Positions 51,724-60,709 of a DNA stretch of 64,000 nt are shown in pieces. The position numbers and the translations under genes are program-made. Numbering within the stretch: position 1 is the first letter of the stretch; each line of letters starts with the position of its first letter. The notes under the pieces were generated by a model that was given only the letters and a program-made list of their open reading frames with translations, was not told where the DNA came from and did not search any database. Source of the DNA: Candidatus Omnitrophota bacterium (GTDB lineage Bacteria; Omnitrophota; Omnitrophia; Omnitrophales; Aquincolibacteriaceae); assembly GCA_903856085.1 (NCBI GenBank), contig CAIOAT010000029.1, positions 3,507 through 67,506 of the forward strand, written 5' to 3'.

Positions 51724-52794
51724 ATGAGAATTCGTGAGCGTTTAGAAAAAACAGAAGCGCGATTCCGGGAGCTTGAAGTTTTGCTCGCTAGCCCGGATAC
51801 TGCCCGGAGCAAGTTTCAGGCCCTGAGCAAGGAAATGTCTTTGCTCAGGCCGATCATGGAGCTTTTCGAAAAATACAAAAAGACCGAGCACGAAGTTTCA
51901 GGGTTGAAGCACAGCCTTGGCGACAGCCACGGTGACGAGGCCATGAAAAGTCTTATCACCGAAGAATTGAAGACCCTCGAAGAAAACCAGAAGGAACGGG
52001 AAGGCCAGCTCGAGGAGCTTTTCTTGCGGGATATGCAGCCGGACGCGGCAAGGGATGTGATCGTGGAGGTCCGCGCCGGGACGGGCGGGGAAGAAGCGGC
52101 GCTTTTTGTGGCGGATCTTTTTCGTATGTACAATATGTACGCCGGGAATCATGGCTTGCGTGTTGAGGTGATCGATACGAATCCTACCGGAATCGGCGGT
52201 TTTAAAGAGATTGTTTTCGGCGTTACGGGAGATCACGTTTTCAGCTACTTCAAATATGAAAGCGGGATTCATCGCGTCCAGCGCGTGCCGAAGACCGAGG
52301 CGAGCGGGCGCATCCATACTTCGGCAGTCACGGTAGCAGTGCTGCCTGAGGTTGAAGAAGAAGAGATCGAGATCAAGTCGGACGATCTTCGGATCGATGT
52401 TTACCGGGCCTCCGGAGCCGGAGGGCAACACGTGAACAAGACAGAGTCCGCAGTGCGCATTACCCACATGCCGACAGGATTTGTGGTCGCATGTCAGGAC
52501 GAGAGGTCTCAGCAGAAGAACAAAGCCAAGGCCATGCGTATTTTACGCGCGAAGATCTTTGATTTTCGCCGCGCTCTTGCAGAAGCCGAGGTAGCTAAGA
52601 ATCGCAAAGCACAAATTGGCTCAGGCGATCGTTCAGGGAAGATCCGGACTTATAATTATCCGGATAATCGCCTGACCGACCACCGGATCGGTCTTACGCT
52701 CCACAGCTTGAACCAGATATTGGACGGAAAGCTTGATCCCGTCGTAGCGGCGCTTGCTGAAGATGAGAAGACCCGCCTTCTAACGACACTATGA
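51724..52794 (+). CDS. prfA: Peptide chain release factor 1
   Basis: PKT (PxT) motif, GAGGQHVN, RTYNYP. Confidence 0.97.
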   Translation: MRIRERLEKTEARFRELEVLLASPDTARSKFQALSKEMSLLRPIMELFEKYKKTEHEVSGLKHSLGDSHGDEAMKSLITEELKTLEENQKEREGQLEELFLRDMQPDAARDVIVEVRAGTGGEEAALFVADLFRMYNMYAGNHGLRVEVIDTNPTGIGGFKEIVFGVTGDHVFSYFKYESGIHRVQRVPKTEASGRIHTSAVTVAVLPEVEEEEIEIKSDDLRIDVYRASGAGGQHVNKTESAVRITHMPTGFVVACQDERSQQKNKAKAMRILRAKIFDFRRALAEAEVAKNRKAQIGSGDRSGKIRTYNYPDNRLTDHRIGLTLHSLNQILDGKLDPVVAALAEDEKTRLLTTL

Positions 52795-53672
52795 GCTGTT
52801 CGGACAAAGTGAAGCATCGCGAACTCCTCGAATTGATCGCTTGGGGCCGCGGAGAGCTTTCGCGCGCTGGCATCGAGGAAGCGCAAGAAGAGTGCGAGCG
52901 AATTTTGATGAAGCTTTTTGGTTGCCCGCGTTCTGCGCTCTATTTAGAAGAACACGAACTGGCCTCTTCGGGAGTCCGGGAACGGTTCTTGAAGCTCCTT
53001 GAAAAGAGGCTTCAAAGGATCCCGCTGGCTTATCTTCTAAAAGAAGCGGATTTTTGGAAGGAAACTTTGTTTGTAGATGAGCGATGCCTTATCCCGCGAC
53101 CTGAAACCGAGATTTTAGTCGAACAGGTATTGAAAGTATTTGGAAAAAATACCGAAAAAAAGTTTTCATTTTTAGATATAGGGACAGGTTCTGGCGCTAT
53201 CGCCATCGCGATCTTACAAGCCTGTGGAAAAGCCGTCGGTACGCTTCTGGATGTTTCCAGGGACGCTCTGGAGGTTGCACGGGAAAATTTGAATCGCTAC
53301 GCGTTGGAAGATCGAGCGAGGCTGGTTCAAGGCGATTTGTTTGAGGTGTTCAAGAAAGATGAAAAATGGGAGTTGATCGTTTCGAACCCGCCTTATTTGT
53401 CAGCAGAGGATTGGAAAGAGGTCCAGGAAGAGCTTAAATTTGAGCCCAGGGAGGCTTTGGACGGCGGGGAAGACGGCTTGGACTTATATCGAAAGATCAT
53501 CGCCGGAGCCAAAGAGCATTTGATCCCCAGGGGAGTGCTAGCCTTGGAAGTGGGGCAGGGTCAAGCGGACAAGGTTTCAAAGTGGCTTCAGACCGCGGGT
53601 TATGATAATATCCAGCGTTTCAATGACCATTTGCAGGTTCAACGGGTCGTAACGGCCCAGAGGCATTCTTAA
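52791..53672 (+). CDS. prmC: Release factor glutamine methyltransferase
   Basis: LIPRPETE, LDIGTGSG, SNPPY, ALDGG.DGL. Confidence 0.96.
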   Translation: MSCSDKVKHRELLELIAWGRGELSRAGIEEAQEECERILMKLFGCPRSALYLEEHELASSGVRERFLKLLEKRLQRIPLAYLLKEADFWKETLFVDERCLIPRPETEILVEQVLKVFGKNTEKKFSFLDIGTGSGAIAIAILQACGKAVGTLLDVSRDALEVARENLNRYALEDRARLVQGDLFEVFKKDEKWELIVSNPPYLSAEDWKEVQEELKFEPREALDGGEDGLDLYRKIIAGAKEHLIPRGVLALEVGQGQADKVSKWLQTAGYDNIQRFNDHLQVQRVVTAQRHS

Positions 53673-53678
53673 TTCTGT

Positions 53679-54944
53679 ATGGATAAAATCATTATTCAAG
53701 GTGGGAACCGGCTCAAGGGAGAGGTCGACGTGTCCGGGTCTAAGAACGCGGTGCTGCCGATCATGGCGGCGGCGCTTCTTACCGAAGAAGAGTCCGTTAT
53801 TACGAATGTTCCGTCGCTTTGGGACGTGCATACGATGGTGAAGCTCCTTCGTTCGCTCGGAGCAAAGGCGATCCTTGAGAACGGCTGTTTGAAAGTGAAG
53901 CCGGGTAAGAACCTGAAACCGCTCGCGCCTTACAAGCTTGTGAAGACCATGCGCGCATCGGTGTGCGTGCTGGGGCCGCTTTTAGCGCGGCTCGGAGAAG
54001 CCGAAGTATCGCTTCCCGGGGGATGCGCGATCGGGCCAAGGCCGATCGATCTTCATTTGAAAGGTCTTGAAGCTCTGAATGCCGAAATTAATATCGCGCA
54101 CGGGTATGTGAAGGTCAAAGCCAAAACGAAATTGCGTGGGGCGGAGATCTATCTCGGGGGCGGTTACGGATCGTCGGTGCTGGCCACGGACAATGTCATG
54201 ATGGCAGCGACTCTGGCGTATGGAAAAACCGTGATCGAGAATGCGGCGTGCGAACCCGAAGTTGTGGACCTTGCGAGATTCTTAAGAAAGATGGGCGCGA
54301 AGATCGCGGGAGAAGGTTCGCCACGGATCGAGATCGAAGGCGTTAGGAAGCTCCATGGCGCGGAGCATCAAGTGATTCCGGACCGGATCGAAGCGGGAAC
54401 ATTCCTTTATGCTGCGGCGATCACAGGAGGGGATATCCTGGTTCGAAAAATGGAACCCAGCCATCTTAACGCAGTGATCGACAAGCTTCAACAAGCCGGC
54501 GTGCGCGTCGAAAAGTTCAAGAATTCTGCGCGCGTGAGGAAGTGCGGGAGGTTGAAGCCCGTTGATATTACGACGCTGCCGTATCCGGCGTTCCCCACGG
54601 ATCTGCAGGCGCAGGCCATGGCGCTTGCGACAGTGACGCCAGGGATCAGCGTAATCACGGAAAAGATCTACCCGAATCGTTTTATGCATGTGCCCGAACT
54701 CGGCCGCATGGGTGCAAAGGTGTTTTTGGAAGGGCCGAGCTCCATTGTGCATGGCGTCAAAAAATTGAGCGGAGCGCCGGTCATGGCCTCCGACCTCAGG
54801 GCAAGCGCAGCACTTGTGCTCGCAGGTCTGATCGCGGAAGGCGCGACCGAAGTCCAGCGCGTGTACCATCTGGACCGGGGTTATGAGAACCTCGAAGAGA
54901 AACTCACGGCCCTCGGAGCTTCGATCCGCAGGGAAAAAGAATAA
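53679..54944 (+). CDS. murA: UDP-N-acetylglucosamine 1-carboxyvinyltransferase
   Basis: SGSKNAVLP, LPGGCAIG.RP, DRIEAGT, FPTDLQ, DLRASAAL. Confidence 0.98.
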   Translation: MDKIIIQGGNRLKGEVDVSGSKNAVLPIMAAALLTEEESVITNVPSLWDVHTMVKLLRSLGAKAILENGCLKVKPGKNLKPLAPYKLVKTMRASVCVLGPLLARLGEAEVSLPGGCAIGPRPIDLHLKGLEALNAEINIAHGYVKVKAKTKLRGAEIYLGGGYGSSVLATDNVMMAATLAYGKTVIENAACEPEVVDLARFLRKMGAKIAGEGSPRIEIEGVRKLHGAEHQVIPDRIEAGTFLYAAAITGGDILVRKMEPSHLNAVIDKLQQAGVRVEKFKNSARVRKCGRLKPVDITTLPYPAFPTDLQAQAMALATVTPGISVITEKIYPNRFMHVPELGRMGAKVFLEGPSSIVHGVKKLSGAPVMASDLRASAALVLAGLIAEGATEVQRVYHLDRGYENLEEKLTALGASIRREKE

Positions 54945-55048
54945 TAAAAACTCGAAAATCAAAGAGTGAAATTAGGAAGTTGCTTACGCGACTGCTTCAA
55001 GCGTCTGAAAGAGTTCCGAAATTTTGATCTTTGAAGTTTAATTTTTAA
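54945..55048. repeat. Heptamer-periodic inverted repeat
   Basis: taaaaac tcgaaaa tcaaaga gtgaaat ... attttga tctttga agtttaa tttttaa. Confidence 0.6.
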
Positions 55049-55068
55049 AATGAATACAAGGAGGTCTT

Positions 55069-55326
55069 GTGGCAGTCAAAATCAGAATGAAACGTTTCGG
55101 CAGTAAGAATCGTCCTCAGTGGCGCATCGTGGTCAGTGATGCGAAGATGCCGCGTGATGGGCGCTTCATCGAGGAGATCGGCTATTACGACGCTCTTCCC
55201 AAAGAAGATATTTTCGTCGTGAAGCAAGATCGTCTCGACTATTGGGTGAAGCAGGGCGCGCAGATGAGTGTGGCCTTGAAGAGCCTTGTGCGGCGCGAGA
55301 AGAGAAAGATCAAGAAGAGCGCCTAG
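55069..55326 (+). CDS. rpsP: 30S ribosomal protein S16
   Basis: VKIRMKRFG, RIVV.D...PRDGRFIEEIGYY, GAQMS; strong SD AAGGAGG. Confidence 0.96.
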   Translation: MAVKIRMKRFGSKNRPQWRIVVSDAKMPRDGRFIEEIGYYDALPKEDIFVVKQDRLDYWVKQGAQMSVALKSLVRREKRKIKKSA

Positions 55327-55419
55327 CGTTCTCTGTTTTTTTCGGTGAACGACAGAGCTGCGAATCTTTTTAGTTAAGAGTTGCGCAGTGCTAGGGCCCT
55401 TGGGTCAGGAAGGCGTTTC

Positions 55420-56088
55420 ATGCTTACGATCGATATCGTGACGCTTTTTCCGGATTTTTTCAAAAGCCCTCTCGATGAGTCGCTTTTAGAAAAGGCTCAG
55501 GCAAAAGGGCTAGTGAAGATCCGGGCGCATGATCTTCGCGAATGGACGCACGATCGCCATAAAACAGCGGATGACAAGCCGTTTGGCGGTGGGGCGGGGA
55601 TGGTGATGAAGCCCGAGCCGATCTTTGAATGCGTGGAAGCGATCGGCGAGGAAGCCTGGGTGGTGCTTCTCGACCCTCAAGGCGAGCCCATGAGCCAGAC
55701 GCTGGCTGCAAAGCTTGCGAAGAAAAAACATCTCGTTCTGATCGCCGGGCATTATGAAGGAGTGGATCAGCGCGTCAAAGACCACTTGATCGACCAGGAA
55801 ATATCGGTGGGCGATTTTATTACGATGGGCGGGGAAGCACCGGCCCTTTGCTTGATCGAGGCGGTGACAAGGCTTGTGCCGGGCGTTTTGGGGAACGCGG
55901 AATCAATCAAGCATGAGAGTTTTCAGGACGGGGTGCTAGAACACCCTCATTACACACGGCCCCGGGAATACCGGGGATGGAAAGTGCCCGATGTACTGGT
56001 ATCGGGGGATCACAAAGAGCTGGGGGCTTGGCGAAAAAAATCAGCCGAGCAGGTGACAAGGCGAAAAAGGCCTGATCTTTTAAAATAA
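55420..56088 (+). CDS. trmD: tRNA (guanine37-N1)-methyltransferase
   Basis: [40 protein letters not shown]. Confidence 0.96.
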   Translation: MLTIDIVTLFPDFFKSPLDESLLEKAQAKGLVKIRAHDLREWTHDRHKTADDKPFGGGAGMVMKPEPIFECVEAIGEEAWVVLLDPQGEPMSQTLAAKLAKKKHLVLIAGHYEGVDQRVKDHLIDQEISVGDFITMGGEAPALCLIEAVTRLVPGVLGNAESIKHESFQDGVLEHPHYTRPREYRGWKVPDVLVSGDHKELGAWRKKSAEQVTRRKRPDLLK

Positions 56089-56113
56089 TTTACACAAACG
56101 GGAGAAAAACCAA

Positions 56114-56422
56114 ATGAATAAAATGGATATCGTTGAAAAAGAAGCCGCAGCCAAAAAAACGCCGGAATTTCGCGTGGGCGACACCCTCAAGGTGCACGTT
56201 CGCGTCAAAGAGGGCGATAAAACACGCACCCAGCTTTTCGAGGGTGTCTGCATCCGCAAAAAAGGAAAAGGCGTTCGCGCCAGTTTTACCGTTCTCAAAG
56301 AAAGCTACGGGGACAAGGTCGAAAAGATCTTTCCGCTTCATTCGCCGAATGTGGAAAAGGTTACGGTGAGCGTGAAAGGAAAAGTCCGTCGCGCGAAGTT
56401 GTATTACCTGAAAAATCAATAG
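56114..56422 (+). CDS. rplS: 50S ribosomal protein L19
   Basis: [20 protein letters not shown]. Confidence 0.96.
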   Translation: MNKMDIVEKEAAAKKTPEFRVGDTLKVHVRVKEGDKTRTQLFEGVCIRKKGKGVRASFTVLKESYGDKVEKIFPLHSPNVEKVTVSVKGKVRRAKLYYLKNQ

Positions 56423-56444
56423 CACCTACTCGGGCGCCGTCGCG

Positions 56445-57179
56445 ATGGAGGTTGCTGAAAAGGTATCCCGCAAGGCGCTTCTCCTTGAGAAACTCCTGGC
56501 TTTTGACCGACAGGAAGCCCCTGCCGACGGCAAGGGATGGCTGGCGGGCGTGGATGAAGCCGGGCGCGGCCCTTTAGCCGGCCCCGTAGTTGCAGCGGCT
56601 GTAATCCTTGTGAGGCCCGAGACTCTCGCCGGCATTAATGATTCCAAAAAATTGAGCGCTGAACGTCGCGAAGAACTTTATGTTCGGATCGCACGCACCT
56701 CGATCGTCGGCATCGGTTTTGCGGACGAAAAGCAGATCGACGAACTCAATATCTACGAAGCCACACGCCTGGCCATGAAAAAGGCCGTCCTGAGCCTTTC
56801 GCACACGCCCGCAAGTCTTCTGATCGACGGACCCATGCGCTTGGATCTCGCGCTTGAGCAAAAAGGCATTATTCATGGCGACGGAAAATCAGCGAGTATT
56901 GCCGCAGCCTCGATTGTGGCTAAAGTCTTTCGTGACCACTGGATGCGAAAACTCCACGAGGTCTATCCCGCCTATGGCTTCCAGAGCCACAAAGGGTACG
57001 GGACCGTCGCGCATATGCAAGCGCTCAAGGAAAAAGGCCCCTCTCTTGTTCATCGCTACAGCTTTGCACCGGTTCGGGAGGCGGCATTGATTTTTCATCC
57101 GGCGAAGAAACTTCCGAAAGCGGGCGTCGCCCCGACGACTCTCATTCAAAAGAAAATCAAAGGCGGGGCGGTTTCATGA
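56445..57179 (+). CDS. rnhB: Ribonuclease HII
   Basis: GVDEAGRGPLAGPV, DSKKL, SIAAASIVAKV.RD, HKGYGT. Confidence 0.96.
   Translation: MEVAEKVSRKALLLEKLLAFDRQEAPADGKGWLAGVDEAGRGPLAGPVVAAAVILVRPETLAGINDSKKLSAERREELYVRIARTSIVGIGFADEKQIDELNIYEATRLAMKKAVLSLSHTPASLLIDGPMRLDLALEQKGIIHGDGKSASIAAASIVAKVFRDHWMRKLHEVYPAYGFQSHKGYGTVAHMQALKEKGPSLVHRYSFAPVREAALIFHPAKKLPKAGVAPTTLIQKKIKGGAVS
57129..57170 (+). repeat. 42-bp palindromic element, in frame in the rnhB C-terminus
   Basis: Encodes APTTLIQKKIKGGA; 29/42 nt identical (hand count) to 42272-42313; TIR CGCCCCG/CGGGGCG. Confidence 0.75.
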
Positions 57180-57574
57180 AACTGACGCCCCACCCCGGAC
57201 CCTTTCAAGCGCCTTTGGGTGAGCGAGGCGAAAGGGCGGCTTGCGGATTCCTGAAAGAACGCGGATACGAGATCCTCGAAAAGAATTATAAGTGCAAGAT
57301 CGGCGAGATCGATGTGATCGCCCGGCGGCAGGGAAGGCTTGCCTTCATTGAGATCAAGACGCGGACGAGCACTCAATTCGGGACACCGCAGGAAGCCGTT
57401 AACCTTCCCAAGCAAGAAAAGATCTTCAAGGTTGCCCAGTGGTACATGAAGGAAAAGAAGCTTGTGAAAATTCCGGTCGCATTTGACGTTGTCGCGGTCC
57501 TTTGGAGAGAAGGCGAGGCGCCCGAAATGCGCCTGATCGTCGACGCTTTTGAAAAAGAAGACAAACCCTATTGA
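57176..57574 (+). CDS. YraN/UPF0102 family protein
   Basis: G..GE..A..FL...GY.IL.KNY....GEID.I, F.EIKTR, FDVVAV. Confidence 0.92.
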   Translation: MKLTPHPGPFQAPLGERGERAACGFLKERGYEILEKNYKCKIGEIDVIARRQGRLAFIEIKTRTSTQFGTPQEAVNLPKQEKIFKVAQWYMKEKKLVKIPVAFDVVAVLWREGEAPEMRLIVDAFEKEDKPY

Positions 57575-57657
57575 TTCTCTGACGCAAAGAGTGCAAAATA
57601 CTGGCCGTTCATCTTTTTAAGCTTCGGAAGACCCTGGGACCAAGAATATTTTGAGCC

Positions 57658-58983
57658 ATGACCGCAAAAGCTAGAAAATTATTTAGTTTTCTCTGTCTCG
57701 GTTTATTCGCCTTCGCTTTGATCGGATATGGCGAAGAGCAAAAAGCCGATCTTTATGCGCCTGTTTACAACAAGCCTCTTTCCGCCCAACCCCTCAAAGA
57801 CGTCCTTTCAAGGATCATCGAATTTCCCTTCAAGCTGATCAAGTGGCCGACGGACAAAGGGATTATTTATACCGAACAACATCGACTGGATAAGAAAACA
57901 AAATGGATTTACGAACAATCCCTCAAGCAAGGGGTTAAGCCCCTCTTCGGGTTCACGGACTTGAGCGCGCTTCCTTTTTTTGGTGCGGAATTTAATCTTT
58001 TAACGCTTGCCAGGCAGAAAGAAAAATACCCGGATTTGTTTGCTACCACGACACTGCTTTATTGTCCCAGCGTTTTTTTCTCGATCGGTTCTGAGATCGG
58101 CGCGCAGAAGATCGGCGGGACGGGGTTTCACACCAAAGGTCTTTTTAGCTATGATCGCCAGCAAAAAGAACCTTTTTACGGGATTGGGCCGCATACCAGC
58201 ATGGGAGACAGCACCTCCTACCGATTGACGACGACCCGGGTGGGCGCTGCGGCCGGTTATGAGTTTTCGCCCACGATCGATCTTGACGCCGGTTTTGATT
58301 ACAGAAAAGAAAATATTTTAAACCGGGCCCACGACGGCAAAGGGGATATAAGGAGTATTTTTGCGGGACAGAACATCCCGGGCATCGGCGGGGATGATCT
58401 CTTGGACTATTCTCTGGTGCTTGGGCGCGATACGCGCGACAGCAAGGATGAGGCGACCAAAGGAAGTTATCAAAAACTCCTTTTTCAGTTTACGGACAGC
58501 GTCAAGGGTACCTCGGCGCGTTTTTTCAAGTACCAGATCGATATGGCTAAATACTTCCAACTTGCGTCTCCGCGCCGCATTCTGGTGACGCGCTTGTTCG
58601 CTGAACACAACGAGAAGATCGATCACGGGGAAGTTCCTTTTTATGACATGGCCAAATTGGGCGGTGCCGGGGCGAATGCGCGGGACAGCGAAACCGAGCG
58701 GGCATTTGTTTACAACCGGTTCTACGGACAAAGCGCGCTGCTCTTGAATTTGGAATACCGTTACACCGTGATGGAATACAAAGAATTTAAGTTGAAAACA
58801 GCTTTTTTCTCCGACACAGGAGAAGTTTTTGGCAAGATTCACCAATTCCGCGTGGTCGACCTCCAGGAATCGTACGGTATCGGTTTTTATCTTAGCTATG
58901 CGAGGAACACTCTCTTGAATTTTTCGGTAGCCCATGGCAATGAAGGCACGCGGTTCTATGTTAAAAACAAACTCGCGTTTTAG
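57658..58983 (+). CDS. Omp85 (BamA/TamA-family) beta-barrel protein without recognisable POTRA domains
   Basis: Signal peptide, FYGIG, DTRD, VPFY.MA.LGG, RAF..NRF, NLEYR, F.D.G.V, C-terminal F. Confidence 0.8.
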   Translation: MTAKARKLFSFLCLGLFAFALIGYGEEQKADLYAPVYNKPLSAQPLKDVLSRIIEFPFKLIKWPTDKGIIYTEQHRLDKKTKWIYEQSLKQGVKPLFGFTDLSALPFFGAEFNLLTLARQKEKYPDLFATTTLLYCPSVFFSIGSEIGAQKIGGTGFHTKGLFSYDRQQKEPFYGIGPHTSMGDSTSYRLTTTRVGAAAGYEFSPTIDLDAGFDYRKENILNRAHDGKGDIRSIFAGQNIPGIGGDDLLDYSLVLGRDTRDSKDEATKGSYQKLLFQFTDSVKGTSARFFKYQIDMAKYFQLASPRRILVTRLFAEHNEKIDHGEVPFYDMAKLGGAGANARDSETERAFVYNRFYGQSALLLNLEYRYTVMEYKEFKLKTAFFSDTGEVFGKIHQFRVVDLQESYGIGFYLSYARNTLLNFSVAHGNEGTRFYVKNKLAF

Positions 58984-58993
58984 GATGGTACCC

Positions 58994-60646
58994 ATGAACA
59001 TGAAACTTAAAAAAATAAAACTAGCTCACCAAGCGCTAGCGTTTGTGATCCTCGGGTTTGGGGTATTCGGTCTGACGGGGCTAGCCATGGCCGGAGAAAC
59101 GGTCAAATTCAAAGAGAGCGAGTCCTCGTTTTACAGCGATCTTTTTGATCAAAATGTTTACAGTGAAGGTGTGAACCAACTCGATCTGGGGCGCTGGGGG
59201 AGGAAGCTTTTCGGAAAAGAGCTCTCTTCGAAGGATGTGAATGTTTTTGATGAAGTGCCGGATTCCGGGTTTTTTACGAATCGTCAGGGTCGTGAGAAGC
59301 TCTCCCGCGAAGCTCTTGAAAAGGGATATCAGGAAACCTCCGGGCCGGATCTGAGCAAACCGTTGGAAGTTCTTGCGGCAGAACAGCGGGGGATCTACCC
59401 ACGGTTTTGGGTCAGGGATGCGCGTGGGGACGAATATCTTCTAGAATTCGATCCTCAGGGGAACATGGAGCTTGTAACAGGGGCCGAGATTATCGCCAGC
59501 CGGTTCTATTATGCGCTAGGCTATACTGTCCCGCAGTTCACGATCCTTTCGATCAAGCCAGGCCAGTTTCAAGTGGCTTCCCAAGCCACCACCTGGGAAG
59601 ACACAGGCTTTAAAAAGACGTTGAGCCAAAAACGGTTTGAAGAGTACCTGATGGTTTTGCCTCAGAACGCGGAAGGTCTTTACCGGGCTTCGGCATGCAA
59701 GATCATGAAAGGGGACTATCACGGGACCTTCAGTTTCGAATCCCGCCGGAAAGACGATCCCGCGGATCTAGTGAACCACCGGGATCGTCGGGAGATACGG
59801 ACGCTTGGGATTTTTGCCGCCTGGCTGAACCATTATGATCTTCGTGCAAGCGATACCTTGGACATGTCTGTCGAAAAGAATGGACAGATCGAAATGAAGC
59901 ATTATCTCACTGATTTTAACGGGGCCCTGGGCTCGACGCAGGAAGGTCCCAAGGGTCCGATGCTCGGTTACGAATATGCCATCGATTATGGAGAGACCAT
60001 AAAATCGATCCTGGCATTAGGATTTCGCGAGAAACCCTGGCAAAAAAAATGGCGTCTGGCAGGCGAAAAGAAACAGACGTTCCCGGCGGTGGGTTATTTT
60101 ACAAACGAATTTTTTACCCCAGCGGATTACAAAACAGAATTCCCCTACGAAGCATTCCGCCTTGTGACCCGCGCGGACGGATTTTGGGCCGCGAAGCTTC
60201 TCATGAGTTTTTCGGAGGAGGATATCCGGGCGATGGTCAAGGCCGGGCAATATAGGGAAGCGAAAGACGCGGAAGTTATTGCCAAGATTTTGATCGAGCG
60301 GCGTGACATGATCGTTCGTTATTGGCTTTCTCGCGTTAATCCGCTGGACGGATTCTCGCTTTCTGGCGGAAAGTTATCTTTCAAGGATCTTGCGATCGAT
60401 TACGGAATGGCCTCAAAAGAGGGAAACGTTTACCACGTCGAAGTGATGAACGACGGACGAAAAGGAAAGATCGCGCAATCTGAAGCGAAAACACCGGGCA
60501 TTGATATTCGGCCGGAATGGATTCCCGCAAAAGGCGAAACCAGGATCATTTTTCGCGTCTCACGCGCTTCTACTAAGACAGTAAGCCCCGCCGTTACGGT
60601 TCTTCTGAATGCCGCAGGCGTTCAAGGGATCCGTCACGAAGATTAG
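58994..60646 (+). CDS. Secreted hypothetical protein with a kinase-like (HipA/PI3K-like) motif pattern
   Basis: Signal peptide; DEVPDS.FFTNR, D.RG..YLLEFDP, GAEIIASR.YYALGY.VP, AAWLNHYD, HYLTDFNG.LG, ADGFWAAK; start uncertain. Confidence 0.7.
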   Translation: MNMKLKKIKLAHQALAFVILGFGVFGLTGLAMAGETVKFKESESSFYSDLFDQNVYSEGVNQLDLGRWGRKLFGKELSSKDVNVFDEVPDSGFFTNRQGREKLSREALEKGYQETSGPDLSKPLEVLAAEQRGIYPRFWVRDARGDEYLLEFDPQGNMELVTGAEIIASRFYYALGYTVPQFTILSIKPGQFQVASQATTWEDTGFKKTLSQKRFEEYLMVLPQNAEGLYRASACKIMKGDYHGTFSFESRRKDDPADLVNHRDRREIRTLGIFAAWLNHYDLRASDTLDMSVEKNGQIEMKHYLTDFNGALGSTQEGPKGPMLGYEYAIDYGETIKSILALGFREKPWQKKWRLAGEKKQTFPAVGYFTNEFFTPADYKTEFPYEAFRLVTRADGFWAAKLLMSFSEEDIRAMVKAGQYREAKDAEVIAKILIERRDMIVRYWLSRVNPLDGFSLSGGKLSFKDLAIDYGMASKEGNVYHVEVMNDGRKGKIAQSEAKTPGIDIRPEWIPAKGETRIIFRVSRASTKTVSPAVTVLLNAAGVQGIRHED

Positions 60647-60709
60647 ATTCACATTCTCCCCCCTGCGGGACCGAGACGAAGGGGAAGACTCCCTTTGAGA
60701 CAGCCTTAC

